The position numbers were made by a program, and so were the translations under genes. 64,000 nt of DNA, taken from the NCBI GenBank assembly GCA_036336855.1, contig JAYZFI010000028.1, positions 736 to 64,735 on the forward strand. Reading direction: 5' to 3'. Origin of the DNA: Candidatus Latescibacterota bacterium (GTDB lineage: Bacteria > Latescibacterota > UBA2968 > UBA8231). The notes beneath the pieces were generated by a model. It ran no database searches. It worked only from the letters and a program-made list of their open reading frames with translations, and had not been told where the DNA came from. Below are positions 37,442 through 46,686 of this stretch, in pieces (the stretch's first letter is position 1; every line of letters begins with the position of its first letter).

Positions 37442-38656
37442 CTATTCCGGAGTGGCAGGCTGCGTGATCTGGCCTACTTGGCGTACCGCAACAAATCGCT
37501 CCTGCTCCGCCGATGTTTTGGCGGCTAGGCAGGCATAGATCGACTGAATCCCGAACTGAACAGGTACCCGGGATACGGTGGTGCCGCGGATCACACCAAT
37601 GAAGTCGCGCGCCAGCTCTAGGTCGCCGCCGAAGTGACTAGCTCCAGCTCCAGCGGTCTCGGTGGCGGTAAAGGGTGCGTGGTGGCGCACCCTTTTCAGC
37701 TGGTCAGTGTACCAGTCGAAGGAGACCGTGCCAAGATGTCCACTCACGGTAGCGCCGCGGGCTCCGGCATCACGCCGGGCGTAGCAGACCTGGGTGTAAG
37801 CGCCGTGGCTACCGTCGGTGAACTCAAGCAGGGTGCTGGAAGCATCCTCATTGAGTTCGTTGCCACTGCCGCAGTCGATGCTGAAGGGACAGAGGTGATC
37901 GCCGATGTTGCCCCCTGAGCTATTGCGGCGGCGGTTCTCCGGGCTCTCTAGGCAGGTCGCGGTCTCGTCGCATGCCGAGCAGCGCAGACCTGCCGGCTTG
38001 TCACCGCCATACACGTGGCCTCGCGTCACCGTTGCCGCAACCCGTACCACGCTTCGACCCATGAGGTACATCAGGTAATCGAAGTCGTGGGTCGCTTTCT
38101 GCAGGAATAGGCCGCGGGTGATCTCGTGATTGCGGTAGGGTGACTCCCAATAGGTGGTGCCGTAGGGCACGTAGTTCACTGCCGTAACGTGCACAGGATT
38201 CCCTACGGCACCCTCTTTGATGTAGTGACGCGCCAACTCACACAGTGGCGAAACTCGCAGGGGAAAGCTGACCACAACCGGGCAACGCGAGTTTTCGAAG
38301 GCCTCTTCCAAAGCCACCGCCTGTTCCATGTCGATGGCGACGGGCTTTTCAAGAAAGAGCGGCAAATCGTAGGCAGCCGCTTCGGTGCCGTACGGTGAGT
38401 GCAGGTTGCAACGGGTGCCGATGGCCAGGGCGTCCAGGCGGCCATGGCGTACCAGGTCGTCCAACGAGTCGTAGAATGTGACGTTGGCGCGGTCCCGCTC
38501 ATCTAGGCGTTGGCGAACTCCTTCCTTGTCGATATCCACGATGCCGACGACGGTCAGCTCTGGGTCAATCTCGCGGAAGGGTCCGCGGATGAGATTATTG
38601 ATGCGCCCGCCGTAGCCAATAACACCAAGACGAATCACTGGCGTATGCCTCCACAA
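37442..38656 (-). CDS. Gfo/Idh/MocA family oxidoreductase
   Basis: IRLGVIGYGGRINN Rossmann start and LFLEKPVAI EKP motif. A Cys-rich insert is present (CSACDETATCLESP...CPFSIDC). Confidence 0.8.
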   Translation of the reverse strand: MWRHTPVIRLGVIGYGGRINNLIRGPFREIDPELTVVGIVDIDKEGVRQRLDERDRANVTFYDSLDDLVRHGRLDALAIGTRCNLHSPYGTEAAAYDLPLFLEKPVAIDMEQAVALEEAFENSRCPVVVSFPLRVSPLCELARHYIKEGAVGNPVHVTAVNYVPYGTTYWESPYRNHEITRGLFLQKATHDFDYLMYLMGRSVVRVAATVTRGHVYGGDKPAGLRCSACDETATCLESPENRRRNSSGGNIGDHLCPFSIDCGSGNELNEDASSTLLEFTDGSHGAYTQVCYARRDAGARGATVSGHLGTVSFDWYTDQLKRVRHHAPFTATETAGAGASHFGGDLELARDFIGVIRGTTVSRVPVQFGIQSIYACLAAKTSAEQERFVAVRQVGQITQPATPE

Positions 38657-38660
38657 GCCG

Positions 38661-39767
38661 CTAGTGCCACAGTTCCGTGTCCCCGTCCGACAGCATGGTA
38701 CGCACGTAGTCCTCGTTGAGCTCTGCGCCTAGGCCAGGCGCTTCACTCAACACCACATGACCTTGCTCGATAAGGGGTTCCTCTTTGTTTAGGATCTCGA
38801 ACATATCCTCGTCGCGAATGCGATGGTACTCCAGGCAGAGGAAGTTGGGAATGCTGGCGCATGTGTGGCCGTCGGCGAGGGTGCTCAGCGGACCGGAGTT
38901 ATTGTGGGGTGCCATTGGCACGTAGTAGATTTCTGCCATATTGGCGATCTTTCGGCACTCCGACAGGCCGCCACACTTAGAGATGTCGGGCATGATGATG
39001 TCGGTGGCCTGTTGCTCGAGCAGGTCGCGGAAGCCGTAGCGCAAGTAGGCGTTTTCGCCCACGCAGATTGGCGTCGATGAGGACGCTTTAATCTTAGCCA
39101 GGGCATCGATGTTCTCCGGCGGGACCGGCTCCTCGAGCCACATGAGGTCGAGATCCTGCACCCCCTGGGCGATTTTCTGCCCGGCCACCACGTCGTAGCG
39201 GCCATGCAGATCGAAGGCCAGATCCATCTGCGCGCCGATGATGTCGCGGATCTCGAAAGCCTCGGAGATGATGGCCTCCAGCTCGGCGGGGGTCACCGAC
39301 CAGTTCCAGGGATCGAGTTTCTCCGGTCGACTGGCATCATCGAGGTCGAACTTCATCGCCGTGAAGCCTAGGTCGGAGATTTGCTTGTAGGTCTTCTCCA
39401 GATCGGAGCGGGCGCAATCCACGTAGAGGCGCACGCGGTCGCGGAATTTGCCGCCGAGCAGGCGGTACACCGGCACGCCGTGCGCCTTGCCAGTCAAGTC
39501 CCAGAGGGCGATCTCGACGCCGGTGAGGGCGGAGATCAGATGGCCGGACATGGCGCCCTGGAAGATGAAGGCGCGGCGCACGGTTTCGAACAGCACGTCT
39601 ACGTCGCGGGGGTCTTTGCCGATGAGCATAGGCTTCATGCTGTCCACGATTTGGCGCCAGCCCGCACCCTGATGCGAAAGCTCGCCAGTGCCATACACCC
39701 CTTCGTCGCTGTATACGCGCACATAACCGAAGCGCGCCTCGCAGGTCTTGATGTCTGTGATCTTCAC
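38661..39767 (-). CDS. enolase-superfamily dehydratase (mandelate racemase/muconate lactonizing enzyme family, galactonate/mannonate-dehydratase-like)
   Basis: MKITDIKTCEARFGYVRVYSDEGVYGTGE is a capping-domain start like DgoD. Barrel motifs: AMKFDLDD, LMWLEEPVPPEN, ICVGEN, IIMPDISKCGGLSE, MAPHN. Confidence 0.8.
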   Translation of the reverse strand: MKITDIKTCEARFGYVRVYSDEGVYGTGELSHQGAGWRQIVDSMKPMLIGKDPRDVDVLFETVRRAFIFQGAMSGHLISALTGVEIALWDLTGKAHGVPVYRLLGGKFRDRVRLYVDCARSDLEKTYKQISDLGFTAMKFDLDDASRPEKLDPWNWSVTPAELEAIISEAFEIRDIIGAQMDLAFDLHGRYDVVAGQKIAQGVQDLDLMWLEEPVPPENIDALAKIKASSSTPICVGENAYLRYGFRDLLEQQATDIIMPDISKCGGLSECRKIANMAEIYYVPMAPHNNSGPLSTLADGHTCASIPNFLCLEYHRIRDEDMFEILNKEEPLIEQGHVVLSEAPGLGAELNEDYVRTMLSDGDTELWH

Positions 39768-39868
39768 GGGTTGGGTCGACTCCTATTTTCTGCGCAGAAA
39801 TGTCTGGTTGCACTACAGATACAGAGAATACAGCAATGGATGGCGAAAACGCCACCGGCCCTCTCCTT

Positions 39869-42466
39869 TCAACGCCACTCGTGCTTGGGGTAACGGCGCA
39901 TGAGCTCTTTCTTAAGTTCTGGGTAGGTCTGTTTCCAGAAATTTTCAAGATCATCGGTGATCTGCGCTGGCCGGAAGTTTGGGGCGAGAATTTCTAGAAG
40001 CAAGGCAACGCGGCCGTCGGCGACGCGCGGCGTCTCGGTCACGTCGTAGAGATCCTGAATGCGTGCCTGTCCCCGCGGCGGTTCGCCGGCGCGGTAGGTG
40101 ATGCGCATGCCGTGGCCTGAGGGTAAGGTCAGCCGCTCCGGTGCCATGTGGTCCACGCGCTGTAGATCGTTCCACGAGAGGGCATTCTTCAGGTAGTCAA
40201 GCACGCGGTGTCGTCGCACGGCGGCAAAGCGAAAGTTCTTGGCCACCAGCTCGTGCAGGACTACGGCAAGGTCGTCGTTGTCCCAGGTCGTCAGACCGAA
40301 CTCGGGAAACCACTCGGCGATGCAGCGGCAGCGTTCGAGCCAGTGGTCGACCTCATCATCCCAGGTCGGCAGTTTCAGCTCACCGGCGAGGATGCGTTGC
40401 ACGAGCATGGCTGCAGCGGCCGCTGAATCGGCCGGTGACCCCCAGCGTTCGGCGATGCTGAGCTGCCCGAAACGCAGCCGATCGACTTCGAGAACTGCCT
40501 GCTCCGATTCGCTCCAAGCGAGCTCTCGTTCGCGTTGCAGACGTTTGGGAAAACACTCTTCCAGCCACGACATCTCTACCGCGGTTGCCAGTGACGCCAC
40601 TGTGTGCACACCGCCGCCCTGAGTTCGGTTCGCCTCCACCTCGCGCAAGTCGATGGCGACGAACAGCATGGATTCGCGGGCAACGCTGTCGCCGTCCAGT
40701 GACACTCGGCGTCGCCCGTCCATCTCGCAGTCAAGACGATCCGGCCCGCGCATCCTACCTAAGTGATCCGGATAGGCAGTGAGCAGACATTTGGCTAACT
40801 CGGCGTCCGCCTCGGCACTCGATCTCTTCATCGCTCTGTTTGCATCGCCAACAACTCGAAGCTGATCCGTGGTACGGGCTACCTCGCGGCAAGCGACAGA
40901 CCGCAGGCCCAGATCGTTACAGCGGCGTTCATCGAAGCCTGCCCGCTGTGCCTGCCGAAAGGCGGATTCCCGCATCTTCAGATCCGAGCCGATAGCGCTG
41001 GTGACTTCGGTAAAGCGCCGCTTTAGGGGTGTGGTGCAAATGTCACGTTCGGCGATCAGCGCTGACCACACGGCAGCGCGCTCGGCTACCCCTCGCCGTT
41101 CGGCCTCTACCAGCAAACGGCCGAGCCGTGGGTGTGCCGGATAGCGGGTCAGTTGCGCCCCAATGTCCGTCAGCCGACCGTCGGCATCTACTGCGCTCAG
41201 CTCCCGTAGCAGACGGACCGCTTCGGTTAAACGCCCCGGAGTTGGCGTTTCGAGCCAGTCGAAGTCGCTCAGGTTGCTGACACCTAGGGCCTTCAACTGC
41301 AGGATACACTCAGCAAGGTCGATTCGGTGCACCTCGGGGTCGTCGTGTCGTGTACGGCCATGAGCCTCGGCAGCGGGCCACAGCCGGTAACAGTGTCCGG
41401 GGGCAATGCGTCCGGCGCGGCCGCTGCGCTGATCGGCGCTGGCGGTGGAGATGTTCTCGGTAAGCAAGGCGTTGACGCCGCGTCTCGGGTCGAAGCGGTG
41501 TACTCGCGCCAGCCCGGAGTCGATGACACAACGGATGCCGTCGATGGTGATCGACGTTTGTGCCACGTTCGTCGCTACCACGATGCGACGTGGCTCGCCC
41601 GGTTGATGGGGAGCCGCCGCTCGATCCTGCTCGGCCGGTGACAGGGAGCCGTGTAGCGGCAGCACCCGTGCGTCCGGTTCGCGGTTGCTCAGTACCCGCT
41701 CGCAGCCCTCCACGGTGCGGCGAATCGCGTGTATGCCTGGCATGAAAATGAGGACGTCGCCCTCCTCGTCGCGGTCGAGCCAGCGTTGGAGGGCGGCAGC
41801 GGCGCGCTGCCAAACCGGTTGCTGCGATGGGCCGCTGTCGTACTCCACCTCGACCGGATGGGAACGGCTCACCGTCTCCAGCGCCGGCGCATCGAGGAAG
41901 GAGGCGATCCGTTCCACGTCGAGGGTAGCGGACATGACTACGCAGCGCAGATCGGGCCGCGGTCCCTGCCGCAGACGCCGCACGTACCCCAGAGCGAGGT
42001 CGGCGTGCAAGGAGCGCTCGTGGAACTCGTCTAGTACCACCGCCCCCACATCGCCCAGGTTGGGGTCGGCGAGCAACCGGCGCAGGAATAGCCCCTCGGT
42101 GCAAAAGCAGATACGGGTCTGCGGCGACAGTACGCGCTCGTGGCGGGTCTGGTAGCCCACCGTACCGCCTACCGCTTCACCAAGCTCTCCCGCCACCCTG
42201 CGTGCCACCAACCGTGTCGCCAGTCGCCGGGGCTGCAGCACCACGATTTGGCCCGATATCAGATTACCGGCGGCGCGCAGCATTTGCGGCACCTGGGTGG
42301 TCTTGCCCGATCCGGTGGGCGCCGAAATCACCAGCGTGCCAGGTTTGTGCAGCAGCTCTACGATCTGCGCTTCGATGTCACGTACGGGCAGCTTCAACGT
42401 AGATGTTATCCGTCGCCCTTCTTCGGGTTCACTGAATGCAGCATGAGTCCGCTCCGGCCAGAGCAA
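39869..42466 (-). CDS. hrpB: ATP-dependent RNA helicase HrpB (DEAH-box)
   Basis: APTGSGKTTQVPQ, LDEFHERS, MSATL, TNVAQTSITIDG, QRSGRAGR, plus a long HrpB-type C-terminal domain. 865 aa from a TTG start at 42466. The TTG at 42397 (MKLPVRDIE...) is an alternative. Confidence 0.85.
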   Translation of the reverse strand: MLWPERTHAAFSEPEEGRRITSTLKLPVRDIEAQIVELLHKPGTLVISAPTGSGKTTQVPQMLRAAGNLISGQIVVLQPRRLATRLVARRVAGELGEAVGGTVGYQTRHERVLSPQTRICFCTEGLFLRRLLADPNLGDVGAVVLDEFHERSLHADLALGYVRRLRQGPRPDLRCVVMSATLDVERIASFLDAPALETVSRSHPVEVEYDSGPSQQPVWQRAAAALQRWLDRDEEGDVLIFMPGIHAIRRTVEGCERVLSNREPDARVLPLHGSLSPAEQDRAAAPHQPGEPRRIVVATNVAQTSITIDGIRCVIDSGLARVHRFDPRRGVNALLTENISTASADQRSGRAGRIAPGHCYRLWPAAEAHGRTRHDDPEVHRIDLAECILQLKALGVSNLSDFDWLETPTPGRLTEAVRLLRELSAVDADGRLTDIGAQLTRYPAHPRLGRLLVEAERRGVAERAAVWSALIAERDICTTPLKRRFTEVTSAIGSDLKMRESAFRQAQRAGFDERRCNDLGLRSVACREVARTTDQLRVVGDANRAMKRSSAEADAELAKCLLTAYPDHLGRMRGPDRLDCEMDGRRRVSLDGDSVARESMLFVAIDLREVEANRTQGGGVHTVASLATAVEMSWLEECFPKRLQRERELAWSESEQAVLEVDRLRFGQLSIAERWGSPADSAAAAAMLVQRILAGELKLPTWDDEVDHWLERCRCIAEWFPEFGLTTWDNDDLAVVLHELVAKNFRFAAVRRHRVLDYLKNALSWNDLQRVDHMAPERLTLPSGHGMRITYRAGEPPRGQARIQDLYDVTETPRVADGRVALLLEILAPNFRPAQITDDLENFWKQTYPELKKELMRRYPKHEWR

Positions 42467-42485
42467 GTGCCGAAGCCATTCTCAC

Positions 42486-43769
42486 CTACCCCGGCGTCAG
42501 CCGTCCGTAGAACACCTCATTGCTGTTTCCCCCAAATGGGCCGTGCCAGTAGCCGTCGACACACTCACTCACGGTGCTGCCGGCTCGCGGTACTGCGATG
42601 AAGAAGTGCCAGAAACCACTGCCGGTATCCAACTGCACGGGCTCGCTCATTCGCGACCAGTCCCGGCCCTTGCAGGTGGTGTACCACAGCGACTGTGCTG
42701 CCGAGCGCCTGCCCATGGTAAGAAAGAAGTGCATGCGACCGTCGGTGGTCTCCAAAATGCGCCCCGAATTGAAGGCACCTAGGCACCAAGTGCAGAAAGG
42801 CCCACCCGGCGACCCAACCGCGTGGTAGAGCCGACTATGGGCCGGATCCTGTGCCATGGCGGCCCACACTTCCCGTGAGGGTTGCCGGTTCTCGTAGTAG
42901 AGAAGGTGCAATTCGCCTTCGCTGTCGAGATAGAGATCCTGGTGATCAGTGGTGCCACGGCTACCGTCGCCCTCGGGAGGTGGGCGAAAGGTGTCGGAGA
43001 CATCGCTCATCACAGTCACACGCCAGTCGTTGGGACGGGACAGTGGGTCGGGATTGTGGTAGTAGTAGGCGCGCAGCACTGGGTAGATCCCGGGATCGGT
43101 GTCGACGACGACGGGTTCGCCGCTTTCAGAGTCACGAATTGTGATTTGCTGATTCGGGAACTGCTTGCCGGCGAGGAAGTAGTCGTCGGAGCAAAATGTG
43201 TGTACGCCGCTGTCGGCGAGAACAACGAAGTGGTAACCGCGGGCACGCTCGTGGCGGACTTCGCCGAAACACGCGACTTCGTAGTCGTTGTCGCCGTCGA
43301 GCAGCACCCAGTCTAGGTGCTCAAGCCCGCCACCGACGAAGATTCGCCTGCCTTCCACGGCGGCGCCGAAGCGCGAGTCCGTCTGCCATCGACGTCGTAG
43401 CTCGAAGCGGTCCATGCGGCCCGGTTCGTCGAAGCGTACATGCCAGGACGCGCGGTCGCCGGAGATGATGTGCATCCGATCCTCGTCGTCGACCAGCAGA
43501 TTGCCGTTTTGCGGCACCGGCGGGAACACCGGCCCCTGTTCCCAGTTACCCTCCCTAACCCTGCGGTAGAGCGCGAGAGTGAGATCGTCGCGCCAGCTCA
43601 GGGCGAAGAGGTCGTCTCGGCAGCGCACAATATTGGAGTGGTTGTAGCCCCAGCCGCTAGCCCCGCTGCCGCCGCTAAGCTTGCATCCGGCGTTGTCGGT
43701 GATACGTTCCACCTGCCATCGGAAGCGTGCCGGTGGGGTTCGCGTGACTTCTGGACGGCTATCGTTCAC
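42486..43769 (-). CDS. hypothetical protein (427 aa), probably all-beta/propeller-like, family not assigned
   Basis: Long clean ORF. The GTG start overlaps the upstream gene's stop (GTGA 43766-43769). It is rich in W/Y/H/G strand-like segments (LHLLYYEN, RMHFFLTMG, FWHFFIAVP). No signal peptide and no motif I can name. Confidence 0.6.
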   Translation of the reverse strand: MNDSRPEVTRTPPARFRWQVERITDNAGCKLSGGSGASGWGYNHSNIVRCRDDLFALSWRDDLTLALYRRVREGNWEQGPVFPPVPQNGNLLVDDEDRMHIISGDRASWHVRFDEPGRMDRFELRRRWQTDSRFGAAVEGRRIFVGGGLEHLDWVLLDGDNDYEVACFGEVRHERARGYHFVVLADSGVHTFCSDDYFLAGKQFPNQQITIRDSESGEPVVVDTDPGIYPVLRAYYYHNPDPLSRPNDWRVTVMSDVSDTFRPPPEGDGSRGTTDHQDLYLDSEGELHLLYYENRQPSREVWAAMAQDPAHSRLYHAVGSPGGPFCTWCLGAFNSGRILETTDGRMHFFLTMGRRSAAQSLWYTTCKGRDWSRMSEPVQLDTGSGFWHFFIAVPRAGSTVSECVDGYWHGPFGGNSNEVFYGRLTPG

Positions 43770-44650
43770 AACTCCTGCAGGGAGCGAGGGGTTTCGGGAT
43801 AGCTATCGAGGTAGCCCTGCACGAGCTGACGAACGCTCTGCGGGAAGCGATCGAGGTGACCCTCTTCGCTCAGTGCGTCCCGCTGTCCTTGCTCGTGAGT
43901 CATGACTGGATCGGCGGTGCGCCAGTAGGCTGCGTGCAGAGTCCAGCGTAAAGCTCCCTCCGGATTCCAGCCCCGGTGCCAGAGGTTGGGATTGTAATAG
44001 ACGACGTCGCCGGGCTCGAGCTCGACCGTCTCACCATGGGGCATCTCGCCACCGACGCCGTCCCTGGCGGCTTCAATCTCTGTCTGTGTAGAGGCCCGCA
44101 GGTGCGAGCCGGGGACGATTTGCAGGAAGCGATCGCCTTCGATCAGGGGCGCGTTGAACTGTACGCAGCGGTTGTGGAAGCGCCGCAGAAACTTGTCTTC
44201 GTCAGCTGCGGCGGGTTTGCCGAGGTCGCGATGCCAGCTCTGAGTGTATGGCCGACCGCCGCCGCTTGTGAGCATGCCGAACAGCGAGTGCCTCACTGGT
44301 ACCCGCAGCAAGGCCTGCAGATCCGGCCAGATTTCCTCCAAGAAGGCGCCGAAAGCATCGTCATACTTATCGGGCATCAGCATATGCTCGGTGCGATCCG
44401 GCAATCCCCGCTCCCGGTCGATCCAGCTCAGTTCTATTTCCCCGCGCTGACCGTATTCCACCATGGCTTGCACGGCGGCACGCAAGCGCCATACCAGATC
44501 GGCGGAAAAACGCAGACGGCAGATCAGGAACCCTTGGCGCTTGAGCTCGCCAAGGTCGAGGCGGATCACGTCGTTGTTTGCGTCTGTAGGGACCGCAGCC
44601 AGGCCCTGCAGAGGGCACCGGGGCTGAAGAGGAAGAGGATGTGATACCAA
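43766..44650 (-). CDS. PhyH-like Fe(II)/2-oxoglutarate dioxygenase
   Basis: H-x-D in SWHRDLG, QIVPGSHLR, distal His in NLWHRGWNP. The start is uncertain: TTG at 44650 or GTG at 44569. Confidence 0.6.
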   Translation of the reverse strand: MVSHPLPLQPRCPLQGLAAVPTDANNDVIRLDLGELKRQGFLICRLRFSADLVWRLRAAVQAMVEYGQRGEIELSWIDRERGLPDRTEHMLMPDKYDDAFGAFLEEIWPDLQALLRVPVRHSLFGMLTSGGGRPYTQSWHRDLGKPAAADEDKFLRRFHNRCVQFNAPLIEGDRFLQIVPGSHLRASTQTEIEAARDGVGGEMPHGETVELEPGDVVYYNPNLWHRGWNPEGALRWTLHAAYWRTADPVMTHEQGQRDALSEEGHLDRFPQSVRQLVQGYLDSYPETPRSLQEL

Positions 44651-44971
44651 ACCGGCTCTTTCTTCCAGGTTGAAATCTGCACGGCGAAGCCTATGAAAGC
44701 CATCCTGAAATCATTGAACAGACAACACTGAGTAGCGGTAAAATAAGCAACAGCAGAGCGGCATCGCCGGTGCCGTTGTCGGCGAAGTCGTCGGGGGCAG
44801 AGACACGATGATGTCTTTTGTTCACCGGTAGACGGATAAAGTGATAGGGGAGAAGCCGGTGGGAATGGCGACAATGCTGCAGATCACGAGAGCTTCGCTC
44901 GGTTGCTGCCTATAGAGTTGGTGGCTACCATAACGTCGCCCGCTGTCCGAATGACAAGGAGCTAGGACATC

Positions 44972-45856
44972 ATGGTGGAAGAAACAGTAATCCCAGAACA
45001 GATCGTAGAAAAGCGAACCCTCGTTGGAGAGGGCTCCCTGTGGGATGCAGCGGGCCAGCGATTGTTCTGGGTCGACATTCTCAACCACGAGGTCTACATC
45101 TACGATCCTTCCACCGGACAGAACCGAACCATTCCCATCGCTCAGGCGGTGGGTACTGTCGTAACTCGAAAACAGGGCGGTGCAGTCCTCGCCCTGCACA
45201 ACGGATTCGCCTTCCTCGACCTCGACAGCGAGAGGATCGTTCCCATCGCTGACCCCGAGCGCGAGATCCCCGCCAACCGCTTCAACGACGGCAAATGTGA
45301 TCCTACTGGTCGATTCTGGGCTGGCACCATGGAGTTCAACGGCGCCAAAGGCGAAGGAGCTCTCTACTGTCTCGACACCGACGGCACAGTGATAAAGAAG
45401 TTGGAGAATGTCTCCATCTCCAACGGCATTGTGTGGACCGCCAATGCGGCGACGATGTACTTCATCGACACCGTGGCCAACAATGTGCGCGCCTACGATT
45501 ACGACAACGCCACGGGAGATATTAGCAACGAACGCGTGGCGGTAGTGAATGAGGGTGCGGGCGGCTTCGACGGCATGTCCATTGACGAGGAGGGCATGCT
45601 ATGGATCGCTGTGTTCGGCGGTTGGGGCGTGCGCCGTTACGATCCCCACACAGGCAAGTTGTTGCGTAATCTGCGCCTGCCCATGAGCGCCGTCACCTCC
45701 TGCGCCTTCGGCGGGCCCAATCTCGACGAGCTCTACGTCACCTCCGCCGTTGTCGGTCTGGACGAGGCGGCGCGCGCTGAGCAGCCCCTGGCTGGTTCGT
45801 TGGTCAAACTCGATCCCGGCGTGCGTGGCGTGGCCAGTGTTGCCTACGCCGGTTAG
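44972..45856 (+). CDS. SMP-30/gluconolactonase/LRE family protein
   Basis: GEGSLWDAAGQRLFWVDILNHEVYIYDP, NDGKCDPTGRFWAGTM, SNGIVWT, DGMSIDEEGMLWIA and CAFGGPNLDELYVTSA are typical six-blade regucalcin/gluconolactonase blocks. Confidence 0.82.
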   Translation: MVEETVIPEQIVEKRTLVGEGSLWDAAGQRLFWVDILNHEVYIYDPSTGQNRTIPIAQAVGTVVTRKQGGAVLALHNGFAFLDLDSERIVPIADPEREIPANRFNDGKCDPTGRFWAGTMEFNGAKGEGALYCLDTDGTVIKKLENVSISNGIVWTANAATMYFIDTVANNVRAYDYDNATGDISNERVAVVNEGAGGFDGMSIDEEGMLWIAVFGGWGVRRYDPHTGKLLRNLRLPMSAVTSCAFGGPNLDELYVTSAVVGLDEAARAEQPLAGSLVKLDPGVRGVASVAYAG

Positions 45857-46257
45857 CCATTCCCGCGGGAATTCATTACCGAGTAAAGTACCAGGATCCA
45901 GGCGGCGATGAAGGCGCCGCCGCCAAACGGCGTGATCGTTCCCAGCCAGCGGGCGTCGGTGAGGATGAGTACATAGAGGGATCCCGAGAACAAGGCGATT
46001 CCAGCGGTCATCAGGCACCCAGCCCAGCGCAGACTCACCGCTTCCGGTAGTACGTGGGCGACAAGAGCGATGACGAGCAGGCCGAGGCCGTGCCAGGCGT
46101 GGTACTGCACCGCCGTGCCCCACACCGCCAGCGATTCCGCCGACAACCGCGATTTGAGGGCGTGGGCTCCGAAGGCTCCCAGGCCGACAGCTAGGACTAG
46201 GGCGCCGCTGCCAGCGGCGGCGAAAAGGCGCGTCCAAGAGCTTATTTCTAGCATCAC
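45853..46257 (-). CDS. DUF423 (YgdD/TMEM256-like) small membrane protein
   Basis: Four hydrophobic helices. GLGAFGAHAL and QYHAWHGL motifs. Its stop overlaps the convergent gene's stop (TTAG at 45853-45856). Confidence 0.8.
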   Translation of the reverse strand: MMLEISSWTRLFAAAGSGALVLAVGLGAFGAHALKSRLSAESLAVWGTAVQYHAWHGLGLLVIALVAHVLPEAVSLRWAGCLMTAGIALFSGSLYVLILTDARWLGTITPFGGGAFIAAWILVLYSVMNSRGNG

Positions 46258-46269
46258 CTACTCAATTGA

Positions 46270-46686
46270 TCAGAGGTGGGCAGCGTTGTCGCGTAAGAAG
46301 CGCTGCAGGCAGCGGGTCTCGAAGCGCTTGAGACTCCAGCGCCTCCGAGAGACGCGGTGTTGCTGCTCGGACACTAATACGTACGTCACGGCAGGAATCG
46401 ACTCGTCGCCCACTATCACAGTAACCTCGTCCCGCCGGTACCAGCTGCCCTCAAAGGTATCTAGGCAGGTCAGGGTAGCATCGTCGAGATCTCGCCACAG
46501 CACGCCGTCAGTACTGTTGCCTACATCCTCCACTATCCCGGGGTAAGTCTCTCCGCGCAGCGCGTAGCGAGCGTATCCCCGTAGCAGGGCGGGCTCGCAC
46601 TCGAATAACCGACCCGTCGCCACCTGCATAATGCGGGACAGCTGCAATGAGCCGTAGGCGAAGAGGTCGTATCGCCCAGCACTCAC
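46270..46686 (-). CDS. gamma-glutamylcyclotransferase-like (AIG2/GGACT family) protein
   Basis: YDLFAYGSLQ...RGYARYALRGETYPGIVED is the AIG2-like signature. The GTG at 46686 overlaps the upstream stop (GTGA). The track start is 46731. Confidence 0.7.
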   Translation of the reverse strand: MSAGRYDLFAYGSLQLSRIMQVATGRLFECEPALLRGYARYALRGETYPGIVEDVGNSTDGVLWRDLDDATLTCLDTFEGSWYRRDEVTVIVGDESIPAVTYVLVSEQQHRVSRRRWSLKRFETRCLQRFLRDNAAHL

